Positions 1-9,000 of a stretch of DNA of 17,952 bases are shown piece by piece. How positions within the stretch are numbered: position 1 is the first letter of the stretch; the number at the start of each line of letters is the position of its first letter. The stretch lies in the NCBI GenBank assembly GCA_964619725.1, contig CAZUFC010000152.1, forward strand, positions 1 to 17,952, given 5' to 3'. Source of the stretch: an uncultured bacterium. GTDB taxonomy: Bacteria > CSSED10-310 > CAZUFC01. The notes beneath the pieces were generated by a model that was given only the letters and a program-made list of their open reading frames with translations, was not told the DNA's origin and ran no database searches. Made by a program: the position numbers and the translations under genes.

Positions 1-593
1 CATTTTTTGCCTATGAACAGATTTTTCTCGTCTTTATCGTCCATTGACAGCAGTGAAGTGTTCAGTCCTAAAATGCCGATTTTATTGCTGCCCCGGTTAA
101 CTGTTTCAGCATAATGGAATGGAATATCACTCGGATTCTTGCAGTTCTTCGGAATGTTGTTCAGGTTCTGAATGAATTTCCGGTAATTTTTGAATTTATC
201 TGAAAAAATTTTTCGCTGTTCTTTATTGGCAAATAACTCATTTATTTCATCAACCGATTCAACGTTGCGATAACCTTTTTTTGTTAAATTTGGAATTTTA
301 TCCCTTTCCTGCACATCATGATTACCGGGAACGATAAACAGCCGTTCTGGGCGTACGTTTGTACTGTCCATCAGTGTTTGGAAGAATTCGAGAGCTATTT
401 CATACTCCTCGGATGCACCTTTAAACGCGGTATCGCCGGTGAAGAAGATAAAATCCAGCGCAAAATTGTGCTTGTTTATCTGTTTTGTTATGTCTTTCAA
501 CAACTTTTCGAGGACTTTCTTTTCATTCCAACTGGATATTTCATCCGATTTAAAATGAAGGTCTGAAAGATGCAGCCATGTCGCCTTGTTCAT
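1..593 (-). CDS. Calcineurin-like metallophosphoesterase, N-terminal part (runs off the left edge)
   Basis: Hand translation from ATG at 593 is open to base 1: MNKATWLHLSDLHF...FIFFTGDTAFKG...LFIVPGNHDV...IGILGLNTSLL, carrying the DxH, GD and GNHD motifs. SD GGGGAGG just upstream. Not in the ORF track because there is no stop in the window. Confidence 0.92.
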   Translation of the reverse strand, partial: MNKATWLHLSDLHFKSDEISSWNEKKVLEKLLKDITKQINKHNFALDFIFFTGDTAFKGASEEYEIALEFFQTLMDSTNVRPERLFIVPGNHDVQERDKIPNLTKKGYRNVESVDEINELFANKEQRKIFSDKFKNYRKFIQNLNNIPKNCKNPSDIPFHYAETVNRGSNKIGILGLNTSLLSMDDKDEKNLFIGKK

Positions 594-644
594 GTTTTGC
601 CTCCCCTGTCGCCGCGCTTATGGAGGATAATCGGAAACATTTTG

Positions 645-673
645 AGTATAGCGTGAGTGGATCGATATGACAA
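645..673 (-). promoter_or_regulatory. sigma70-type promoter for the metallophosphoesterase gene
   Basis: Minus strand TTGTCA-17 nt-TATACT, about 50 nt upstream of the ATG. Confidence 0.6.
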
Positions 674-750
674 TAGGGCCGCGGGATATTCATTCCGAAT
701 TCAGGCAGCGGATTTGAATTGGCCTTCTTTCAGATTCCTCATTGGCCTGC

Positions 751-813
751 AAAAACCGCAGTGACTTGCCGGCATTAAATTTTGAATCGAGATTCGAGTT
801 TGTGGACAGGCAC
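751..813 (+). mobile_element. Solo right-end fragment of MITE family A
   Basis: GCATTAAATTTTGAATCGAGATTCGAGTTTGTGGACAGGCAC (772-813) is nearly identical to 12304-12345. Weaker match back to AAAAAC at 751. No left end or target duplication found. Confidence 0.8.
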
Positions 814-1018
814 TTACTTGGTTATGGCCGGGGGTTCCGGCTAGTTTTCCGCCATGACCAGCACACAACATCGGGACTTCGACTTCGTCTCATATCGATG
901 TATGTGTTCCTGCTCCTTTTATACTCTTACTATTTGACACACTTGACACATCACACGGTTGCTTTTGGTTTTCTGCTGTAGATACAATCATTTGAAAAGA
1001 CAGCTCGGCAGAACAAAA

Positions 1019-1100
1019 ACTTCTGAACTCTTGACAAGAATGTCACAACCTATTGAAAAAGTTTGATTTTCTTGCATTGCAATTCGGCATAATAATTGTG
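1019..1100 (+). promoter_or_regulatory. Module B copy 1: palindrome + IHF-like site + sigma54-type promoter
   Basis: ACTTCTGAACT (1019-1029); reverse complement of TTTCAA-TAGG-TTG (1046-1058); TCGGCATAATAATTGT with GG-N10-GT (1086-1099). Homologous to the reverse complements of 11510-11592 and 12641-12723. Confidence 0.55.
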
Positions 1101-1107
1101 AAGTTTT

Positions 1108-1256
1108 TAGCCCCCCTAAATCCGTTGGAGGAGCCTTGATTTAATCGAAATAAGGACATGAAGACTGCAATCCCAAATCATGATTAAAGGTGATGCTTTA
1201 TCTGGTTTAAAACATTTATATTTGTCGATTAAATCAACGTACCATCGAGGGAACAA
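1108..1256 (+). ncRNA. Putative structured ncRNA, module B copy 1 (ends approximate)
   Basis: Inverted repeat TTGATTTAATCGA (1136-1148) / TCGATTAAATCAA (1225-1237) with outer stem CGTTGG/CCATCG. Two paralogues in the window; no convincing sense gene downstream. Confidence 0.45.
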
Positions 1257-1447
1257 GTATCAGGATAAGCTTTATTTCGTTGCTTTTCAATATGGTAGAT
1301 GATGAATCGTTGTCGGAAAACCGTGCAAGATGAGATTTAATTTCAATTTCGTCGGCTTAGATGCGACCAAGTCTGATGCAGGAATTCATTGCAACAGCCA
1401 AACGCGACTGAAAACCCGGACGACTATGGAATGCAGTCTCAGAATGC

Positions 1448-1762
1448 CTATACCCGGCTTACATCACGGGTCATCGGTTCCACCTCATCAAAAATTCGAC
1501 TCTCAAATTGATCCTGTTCCACATCCAGGTCATAGTCCATCTGCAATCCAAGCCAGAACTCCGGAGACATCCCAAAATATCGGGCCAACCGCAATGCCGT
1601 ATTAGCCGTTATTCGCCGTTTACCCAACACAATTTCGTTTATCCTGCGGGCCGACACGCGGATAGCCTGCGCTAATTTGTTCTGACTCAATTCCAGAGGT
1701 TCCAGAAATTCCTTCTGTAAAACCTCGCCGGGATGCAAAGGCTCTATTTTTTTCTCCCTCAT
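1448..1762 (-). CDS. higA: HigA-family antitoxin (HTH XRE), 104 aa
   Basis: HPGEVLQKEFLEPLELSQNKLA...RINEIVLGKRRITANTALRLARYFG...FWLGLQMDYDL. Start moved to ATG 1762, behind an AAGGAG in the end of higB. Confidence 0.95.
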   Translation of the reverse strand: MREKKIEPLHPGEVLQKEFLEPLELSQNKLAQAIRVSARRINEIVLGKRRITANTALRLARYFGMSPEFWLGLQMDYDLDVEQDQFESRIFDEVEPMTRDVSRV

Positions 1763-1766
1763 ATTT

Positions 1767-2054
1767 TCACTCCTTATGATAATCAACGATCTCAACCTTG
1801 AAAGCATCATTGTTGCGCCATTCAAAACAGATTCTCCAACGATCATTGATACGGATTGAAAACTGTCCGTCTCTGCTCCCTTTCAATTTCTCCAATCGAT
1901 TGGCAGGAGGAACTCTCAGGTCGTTAATATTCTGAGACCTGTTGATCATTCGCAATTTTCTGAAAGCTTTCCTTTGAACATCAGCGGAAAATCGTTTCGA
2001 ACGCTTTCTGTTGAATATCTTTTCAGCTTCTTTATCTTTAAACGTTCTGATCAT
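1767..2054 (-). CDS. higB: HigB (RelE/ParE superfamily) toxin, 95 aa
   Basis: MIRTFKDKEAEKIF...DLRVPPANRLEKLKGSRDGQFSIRINDRWRICFEW...VEIVDYH. Toxin-first order typical of higBA. Start moved to ATG 2054. Confidence 0.95.
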   Translation of the reverse strand: MIRTFKDKEAEKIFNRKRSKRFSADVQRKAFRKLRMINRSQNINDLRVPPANRLEKLKGSRDGQFSIRINDRWRICFEWRNNDAFKVEIVDYHKE

Positions 2055-2060
2055 GAGCGC

Positions 2061-2089
2061 ATTATAACGGAGTTGACGCTTAACGTCAA
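2061..2089 (-). promoter_or_regulatory. higBA promoter with overlapping palindromic operator
   Basis: TTGACG-17 nt-TATAAT, 6 nt before the ATG. Palindrome TTGACG-N5-CGTCAA (2073-2089) overlaps the -35. Confidence 0.8.
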
Positions 2090-2351
2090 TGGTTATGACA
2101 TGAAACACAAACAGATTTTTTTTCAGGACAGTTCTTCATTACGCTCCTCAAGGATATGAATCGCCGGCGCCTTAAATATCTCACCGCAAAGATAGAACAT
2201 GGATATCTGATCAGCGCCCCTCATTCACCTCAGATTGCCTTAACAAAGCTAAATTTCTTTCAACAGCGGCCATTATACCCACGTTCTTCTGTTTTATGAA
2301 TCTTCCGAACTTGTATTCTTCCATTCTTCAAATTGTGAGCAAAGCGAACTA

Positions 2352-2551
2352 GTGTCTGTCCACAAACTCGAAGCATGATTCAAAATTTAATGCTGGACAG
2401 CCACTTGGGTTTTTGATCCATAAACGGGCGAATTTTTCTTAAGGCAAGGAAGGCAGGGATTTGCGAAGTAGGGGGATTGCTTATACGTTGACTGAGCCAA
2501 TCCGTAGCCTGACGCAATATTTGGGGAAATTCGCCGTTTATGGACAAAAAC
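2352..2551 (-). mobile_element. MITE family A, full copy (200 bp), inverted relative to the other copies
   Basis: Ends GTGTCTGTCCACAAAC...GTTTATGGACAAAAAC. Flanking direct repeat GAACTA at 2346-2351 and 2552-2557. Reverse complement aligns to 5705-5903. Confidence 0.9.
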
Positions 2552-2580
2552 GAACTAAGTTCAATTTAATAGTAACCTCT

Positions 2581-5556
2581 TCACAGTTTTGGCCCATAAC
2601 CGAACTCGATCCGGTCCATATCACCCCTCAGGTCATTCAATTCATCGTTCAACATAGCTCCCCAGAAAACAAGTCCCGCCGCTTCATCTGAACCCGTATC
2701 AGGCCAGGAGAATTCTTCAATAATGGATATCGGTGTAATTCCATGGTTCAGAGGCGTCCAGTCGAAATCCAGCTCAGGAGGAAAACGAGTCCAGGACGGC
2801 CAGAACCATAAATCGCCGTACACGTCCAGTATAACAAAAAGCGCAGTTTGGTGGACGGCAGGTCCCGGATTAATCAGACGGGCCTCCAGATAAAACAGTT
2901 CGCCCGGACTGTAAAATTCCTGCGGCATATCGAGGATAACGCCGAGTGATGCCGTGGCTGCAGGTTCAGGAGTTCGAGAGGGCGTTCCGGGGGTAAGAAC
3001 CGGCGTATGGGACGGCGCAGGCGTCAGAACAGGCGTCTCCGTGGGAGCAGTTGTGGGACTGCCGGTTGAAGTAACTGTCGCGGTTAAGGTAAAAGTCGGC
3101 GTTAAGGTCGGCGCTGCCGTGCCGGTGGAAGTTGGTGTTGGAAAAGAGGTCGCGGTGCATGTCGGCGATGGAGTGGAAGTGGGGATAGCGGTCGACGTCG
3201 GTGACGAAGTGATGGTCGGCGTTATTGTGTATGTCAGGGACGGTGTGGCAGTCGTTGTCGGCGAATGTGTCTTACTGGCCGTCGGCGTCGGCGTCAGCGT
3301 TCCAGTGCAACTCGGCGAAAACGTCGGACTGACGGTCGGCGTGAGCGTTGGACTCGGCGTTGATGTCGAACTCGGTGAATGAGTCGGACTGGATGTTGTC
3401 GTCGGCGTCAGCGTCCCCGTATGACTCGGTGAAAATGTCGGACTCCGGGTAGGCGTCCGAGTGTAAGTCACAGTCCTTGTCGGCGAATGTGTCGCACTTG
3501 CTGTTATCGTCGGCGTCACAGTTCCTGTACGTGTTGGTGAAGCTGTGGGAGTGCGGGTCGGCGATTGCGTTGGTGCGTCCGTGGGCGTCATGGTCGGAGA
3601 CGGCGTGACGGTAGAGGTACATGTCGGACTCGGAGAATCGGTCGGCAGAGGGGTCGGCGTCAGAGTCGCATCCAAAAAGGTTTTTACCTTGAAGGCATAA
3701 TCATAGCCTGGAACAGAACCGCTTATATCCGAATCACCCGGATAATTCGAAGCGTTATTGCCGCTCCAGAAATAACCGTTCTGAGGATCGTGTTCCGCCG
3801 TCTGATCCATTTGAAGGTAAGCGCTGTCTGATATTGCGACAGAAATGCCTTCAGGAATTTCCTTTATGTTCCAACCTGTCGTCACTTCATCTTCAGGCAT
3901 TGTTTCCGTCCATAAAACAGTCCCCATATCATTAACCACCGAGACGATCAAGTCACCCGGCGGAACGCCGAGTTTCATCATACAGAACTTGATCTCGCAA
4001 ATTTCCGGTCTTTGAGGAAAAAATTCCTGCCATCTGGTAAAGGAGTCGTCCACGTAAAAACCCTGTTGCGAACCGTTCTGCTGCTGATCGATATAACATA
4101 CATAATAAGGCGTATAACTTGTCGTGGGCGTCAGCGTACACGTGGGCGTGTTAGAGGGCGTTCGGCTGGGAGTCAGCGTCGGCGTGCGTGTGGGCGTACG
4201 ACTTGGAGTCGCTGTTGCCGTTGGCGTAGGCGTAAAGTTGGGCGGCGGATCGGCATTGAAATAAATATCGTTTGTGGCGTTGCGGCGATCCGACCACACC
4301 ACGTAAAGCCTGTTCTGCGAAACGTTGTAAGCCGTGCTGATAACGTGATAATGAAAAGCTATATCAGAATATCCGTCAGACACCTGGACCGGCACGCTCC
4401 ATGAACCGCCCGAATCCCCCTCAATATAATGCGCTTTGCTCTCTGCCGCATCCCGGTAAACGCAGTAAGTCGTCGAACCGTTCAGCCACGCTCTCGGACA
4501 GCGGTGATCCGTCAAATCGTCAATCATGGCGTATGCGAAATTAAAGGTCTCGCTGTCGACACTGTAGAGGCATGCTATATTATAAGTCAGGCTGCCCGCA
4601 TCGGTCTCAAACACAATAAGGGAACGGGAGCCGCTTGTCGCCAGATGAGGCCGCAGTTCATCCCCGTAATCCCACCAGTGATAAAGATAATACATAAAGG
4701 TCAGCCGGAAATAACAGACATGGCCTACATCACCGCCGCCGGAATTGTCCACCTGGCAGACCACATTAACGTATGTATTGCAGAATTTCACGGAAACATA
4801 CTCAACGCTGTATTTCCCGTTGAAATCCTCAAATGAGAAATAGCTTCCCGCCCAAGTCGCTCCGCCGTCCGCCGAATATAATGTCATCAGCGAATAATGC
4901 GTATCGCCGGATTGGATGCTCGGAAAACTGAGGGCTGTTTCTGACGCATCGCCTGCATCAATGGAAGGACTGCCGGGGCCGCCCTCTCTCGTCTCATACG
5001 GAAAATATGTGATTCCTGCATCCCAGAATGAACCGATGTCATGAGGGTTCTCCGTCCGGTTGTAAGCAGGATAAGGCGTGTCGCCCAGCATAAGGGTTAC
5101 GGCCAGATATACGTAACCGTCTGAATCAACCGTAATTTCCGGGTAATAAATGCCGGCGCCCGCAGAATACATGGTCATCTCCCAGTCATATCCGTTGGCC
5201 GTCTGTAAAAGACAAACATAACCGATTTCGGTATGAAAAGCCGTGTATGTATACCCCCCGCCGACTACCGTCGAAGTCTTATACTCTTCAACCGCCTCAG
5301 GCGGATCACCAGCTTCAATGCCCCCTAAAAGAATATCATCTGGATTGAACGATTCGCCGTCATGCTTCTCCAAAGTAAAATGAAACCTCTGAACATCAAC
5401 AGCAGGCAAATGCCTGCACTCCGCATGCATCATTCTTTCACGGCATCCGTCCCGCATCTCACGCAAAGGCTCATTACTCCCCAGTAACCCTCCAGCTTCT
5501 GATGTCGTGGACCAGGACATACAGAATCCAATCAAGAAAATAACAGACTTGTTCAC
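2581..5556 (-). CDS. Secreted 991 aa protein: Asp-box (BNR)-like N-terminal region, Pro/Thr/Ser stalks, compact C-terminal domain
   Basis: Long ORF, GTG start with SD GGGAGGA, signal-peptide-like N-terminus, Asp-box YSADGGATW, two P/T-rich tracts, aromatic-rich ~120 aa C-terminal domain. Confidence 0.9.
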   Translation of the reverse strand: MNKSVIFLIGFCMSWSTTSEAGGLLGSNEPLREMRDGCRERMMHAECRHLPAVDVQRFHFTLEKHDGESFNPDDILLGGIEAGDPPEAVEEYKTSTVVGGGYTYTAFHTEIGYVCLLQTANGYDWEMTMYSAGAGIYYPEITVDSDGYVYLAVTLMLGDTPYPAYNRTENPHDIGSFWDAGITYFPYETREGGPGSPSIDAGDASETALSFPSIQSGDTHYSLMTLYSADGGATWAGSYFSFEDFNGKYSVEYVSVKFCNTYVNVVCQVDNSGGGDVGHVCYFRLTFMYYLYHWWDYGDELRPHLATSGSRSLIVFETDAGSLTYNIACLYSVDSETFNFAYAMIDDLTDHRCPRAWLNGSTTYCVYRDAAESKAHYIEGDSGGSWSVPVQVSDGYSDIAFHYHVISTAYNVSQNRLYVVWSDRRNATNDIYFNADPPPNFTPTPTATATPSRTPTRTPTLTPSRTPSNTPTCTLTPTTSYTPYYVCYIDQQQNGSQQGFYVDDSFTRWQEFFPQRPEICEIKFCMMKLGVPPGDLIVSVVNDMGTVLWTETMPEDEVTTGWNIKEIPEGISVAISDSAYLQMDQTAEHDPQNGYFWSGNNASNYPGDSDISGSVPGYDYAFKVKTFLDATLTPTPLPTDSPSPTCTSTVTPSPTMTPTDAPTQSPTRTPTASPTRTGTVTPTITASATHSPTRTVTYTRTPTRSPTFSPSHTGTLTPTTTSSPTHSPSSTSTPSPTLTPTVSPTFSPSCTGTLTPTPTASKTHSPTTTATPSLTYTITPTITSSPTSTAIPTSTPSPTCTATSFPTPTSTGTAAPTLTPTFTLTATVTSTGSPTTAPTETPVLTPAPSHTPVLTPGTPSRTPEPAATASLGVILDMPQEFYSPGELFYLEARLINPGPAVHQTALFVILDVYGDLWFWPSWTRFPPELDFDWTPLNHGITPISIIEEFSWPDTGSDEAAGLVFWGAMLNDELNDLRGDMDRIEFGYGPKL
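2950..3670 (-). repeat. Low-complexity Pro/Thr/Ser linker with ~36-38 aa higher-order units
   Basis: TGTVTPTITASATHSPT / TGTLTPTTTSSPTHSPS / TGTLTPTPTASKTHSPT, spaced 108 and 114 nt apart; many GTCGGC hexamers on the + strand. Confidence 0.85.
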
Positions 5557-5623
5557 CCGTCTATCCTCCCTGAAGCCTCAATTCAGTCATAATAAAACCT
5601 TTTTCAAGCAGAATCATGATTTC

Positions 5624-5651
5624 AATATAATGAAAACATGTTGAAAGTCAA
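5624..5651 (-). promoter_or_regulatory. Possible sigma70 promoter of the 991 aa gene
   Basis: TTGACT-16 nt-TATATT on the minus strand, in AT-rich DNA. Confidence 0.4.
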
Positions 5652-5704
5652 TCCTGCTCAACTTCAGCAACTGCGTCACCGGACCGCCTGACGCTTCTTA
5701 TTTA

Positions 5705-5903
5705 GTTTTTGTCCATAAACGGCGAATTTCCCCAATACTGCGCCAGCCTGCGGATTTGCTCAGTCAACGTACAAGCATTACCCCTGCCTCGTAAATCCTT
5801 GTCCTCCTTGCCTTAAGATAAATTCGCCCGTTTATGGATCAAAAACCCAAGTGGCTGTCCAGCACTAAATTTTGAATCGAGATTAGAGTTTGTGGACAGA
5901 CAC
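5705..5903 (+). mobile_element. MITE family A, full copy (199 bp)
   Basis: Ends GTTTTTGTCCATAAAC...GTTTGTGGACAGACAC. Flanking direct repeat TATTTA at 5699-5704 and 5904-5909. Confidence 0.92.
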
Positions 5904-6013
5904 TATTTAATTAATCTGGAACCTGCTGTTGATCTCCAAGACCTGTTATGAACGCCCATATCCCCGCATCTTCAAGCGCTGAGGTTTCTGAGCCGCAAAC
6001 GGCGAATTTCTCC

Positions 6014-9000
6014 CTATTGCTGCATGCGCCATCGCTTATTGAACATCAACAGCAACCCCAGGAAGATTATGAGGAAAACGAGTCCATGAATATCGCTCGA
6101 AGGAATGGCATGAACGGTTGTTTGCGTAGCGGTCGGGGTAGTCGAAGGAACGGGAGTTAATGAGGGTTCTGCTGTCGGCGGATTGGTGGGAACAGGCGTT
6201 TGCGAGGGCGTCGAAGCTGGAGTATCAGCAATTGTGGGCATGGGCGTGTTGAAGGGGGTCGCAGTGGCATCCGGCATGTACTCGTCTGAACCTATGTCGT
6301 ATGAGTCTTCTTGCGGTCGCGTTTCTCCGTCAATATCGTCATCAGGAAGATTCGGATAGGTTGCAACATCGTCTGTGCCTGCATCGATGCAGCCGCTGCC
6401 GCTCTGAAGGTGATAATCGAACGGATCGCCTCCAATGAAGTTCGGCGGTTCGTTGAACAGGCAACTCGTGCATGCGGTTCCCGTCGGGCAGGAAGCCTGA
6501 CTGAAGTTGCAATAGTCTGCAGTCGGATTTCCCGAACCGGGATCGATTTCATTTTCGCCCGTCCCGGAACTGTTGTTCCACAGTATAGCGTTGACCAGGA
6601 CCGGCGATGAATCGCCGGCATACACAGCGCCGCCCAGAGCGGCGCATTGATTTTGCACGAAGGTGCAGTTGATGATTTCCGGCGAAGATGAGGAGCATTC
6701 GATTGCACCGCCGTCTTCCGAGCTCTGATTGCCTGTTATGGTGCAGTTTACGATCTTTGGCGAAGAATTGAAAATAGAAACAGCTCCTCCGTCTCCCCCA
6801 ATTGATTGATTCTCACGAATGTTGCACCGCTCGAATGATGGAGGACCGTAACCATTGTATATTCTCACTCCGCCTCCCTTAAGCGCTGTATTTCCTGAGA
6901 TGGTCGAGTCCTTGTACCTTACGCATGCGAAAGAGAAGTACGCGCCTCCGCCATCGAGTTCCGCAGTATTAGATGATATGGTACAGCGGAGAATCTCTGA
7001 ATTCCAGGAGTCTACGAATAATCCTCCGCCGTGCCAGGCGGCGAAATTGCCGGAAATTGTTGAATCCACAATGTTCTTGTCTCCCGCACCGCCGAAGAAG
7101 AAGACGCCGCCGCCCGATTGATTGGAGGAATTGTCTTGTATATCAGACATCGAAATATTCAGAGCATCATGCCGGCATGCGATCCCGCCGCCGCTCGATG
7201 CGGCAGTGTTCGATGTAATGGTCGCATTGTGGATCACAGAAGGCGATGACTTCAAATACATTCCACCGCCTTCTCCGCCGGATGAGTTGCCGGATATCGT
7301 GCAGCCGGTCAACGTGCAATTGCAACTGTAATCCGCACATAATGCGCCGCCGGCGGAACTGGCGTAATTATCGTTCAACAGGCAATCAGTCAGCTCAGCA
7401 TCCGAATCGTAACAGTATATGCCGCGTTGGACGTTCCCCAGAACACTGCAGGCATCCATTTCAAACTGGGAGCCGTAGGCGTAAACGCCGCCGCCGTTCG
7501 ACGCCTGGTTATCCTCAATTGTACATTCCGTCATCAGACATCCTGCAGTCGAATAATTGAAAGTAACTGCACCCCCGTTCCCCACGGCAGCATTCTGAAG
7601 AAAATGCGTCTGCGTAACCGTAAGATTGGAATTTTGTACGGCGAAGCCGCCGCCGTGAGATTCAGTGGAATTCATGTATAACGTGCAGTTGTCGATCGTC
7701 ATTCCAATGTTTTCGCAGTATATTCCGCCGCCGTCTGCTGCAGCATGATTTTCACCCAGGAAATATGTTGAAAGCGCCGGACTGGAGTCAATGCTGTAAA
7801 GCCCGCCGCCCTTATCTCCCGAACTATTGCTCGAAATAGCCCCGTCTGAAAAAACAGGACTCGAACCCTCTTCGCAACAGACGCCGCCTCCCGATTGATC
7901 GGCAACGTTCAAACCGATGGTTCCTCCGTCTATGACCGGACTCGAACCGCCCGTACAAAATAAACCTCCGCCTTTTTCCTCCGCTGAATTATTCAACAGA
8001 TTACAGTTGTTCAGCACAGGGCTGGAACCTGATTCGCAACTGATTCCGCCGCCCGAGCCAGTAGAAGCGCATTGCTTGATTATGACGTCGGTAACTGCCG
8101 GTGAAGAGCCGGCATCGAACAGGATGCCGCCGCCGGAACCGCCGGTAAAGCCGTTTAGGATGGTTACGCCGCGAAGCTCAGAATCCGTCGATTCTCCGCT
8201 TATGAAAACAGCGCCGCGATGTTGGTTTTCGCAATCGATCACGCATGATTCAGGGTCCCCGCTGATCGATTCCACCGTCACGGCTTTTCCCAGAAAATTC
8301 AATGAGATGTTTCCCAGGCCTGTATAAGTTCCGTCTTCGAGAAAAATCGTTTGCCCCGTGCAGGCAAAATTCAATGCTTCCTGGATCGTCGGATAGTCGC
8401 CGGAACCGTCCGCGCGTATAGTGTAATCCTGCTGCAAACATTCGGTTATCGAAATAATTTGCGTCGAGCAATCTGATCCTGATTCAGCTTTTAATTCGAG
8501 TCCATAATCGACATCCTTCACAACCATTCTTGAAGACAAATAGGACATTCGGAACTGAGAAGGCGAGTAAGCAGAAGCATTCGCAGAGATGTGGATTACG
8601 GCGTAAAAAACAGCGGCATTCGTTGCTTCAATTTGAGCCGACTCGTATCCGGATAATTCGAGTTCAATCTCTCCGTTCACAAGCGGGAATTCTTCGACAG
8701 CCATCACTTCAAGGTCCAGGCCCGTTTCAAAATCGCCGCTGCCTTCATCCCTGCAAATGTAAAGTTTCTGAAATAAGTTTTCAGCTTCTATTTCCGACAG
8801 AGGGTCGCCTGCAGACTCTTCGAAAAGAAACGACAATCGATCAATTTCAATGGGAGCATCGCCGGAGCGGCCGTTATGCGAAACCGTTATCCTCAGTAAA
8901 GCGCTGACAGTTTCTTCCAGCAGCGACGAACAGGAAACATCCTCGGCATCCGCGCCGTACTGACCGCCGACGTTTTTCCACCAGGCTAAGGCCGGATATG

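Noticed and set aside
1136-1237. Invertible DNA switch between the module B arms
   Set aside because: The inner segment has the same orientation relative to the promoter in all three copies, and there is no intact invertase in the window.
318-1605. ORFs 318-566, 742-981 and 1330-1605 (+)
   Set aside because: Antisense to the phosphoesterase or higA, or starting inside a MITE fragment; no recognisable motifs.
5705-5846. MITE core hairpin or module B hairpins as integron attC sites
   Set aside because: No RYYYAAC...GTTRRRY boxes with correct L spacing. MITEs have 6-bp duplications, and module B arms run GTT...AAC, the reverse of attC.
2352-5903. Composite transposon made of two inverted MITEs around the 991 aa gene
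   Set aside because: Each MITE has its own target duplication (GAACTA vs TATTTA), indicating independent insertions.
5997-6010. AAACGGCGAATTTC, identical to 14 nt inside the MITE left arm
   Set aside because: No flanking similarity or terminus; cannot be separated from chance or a very old remnant.
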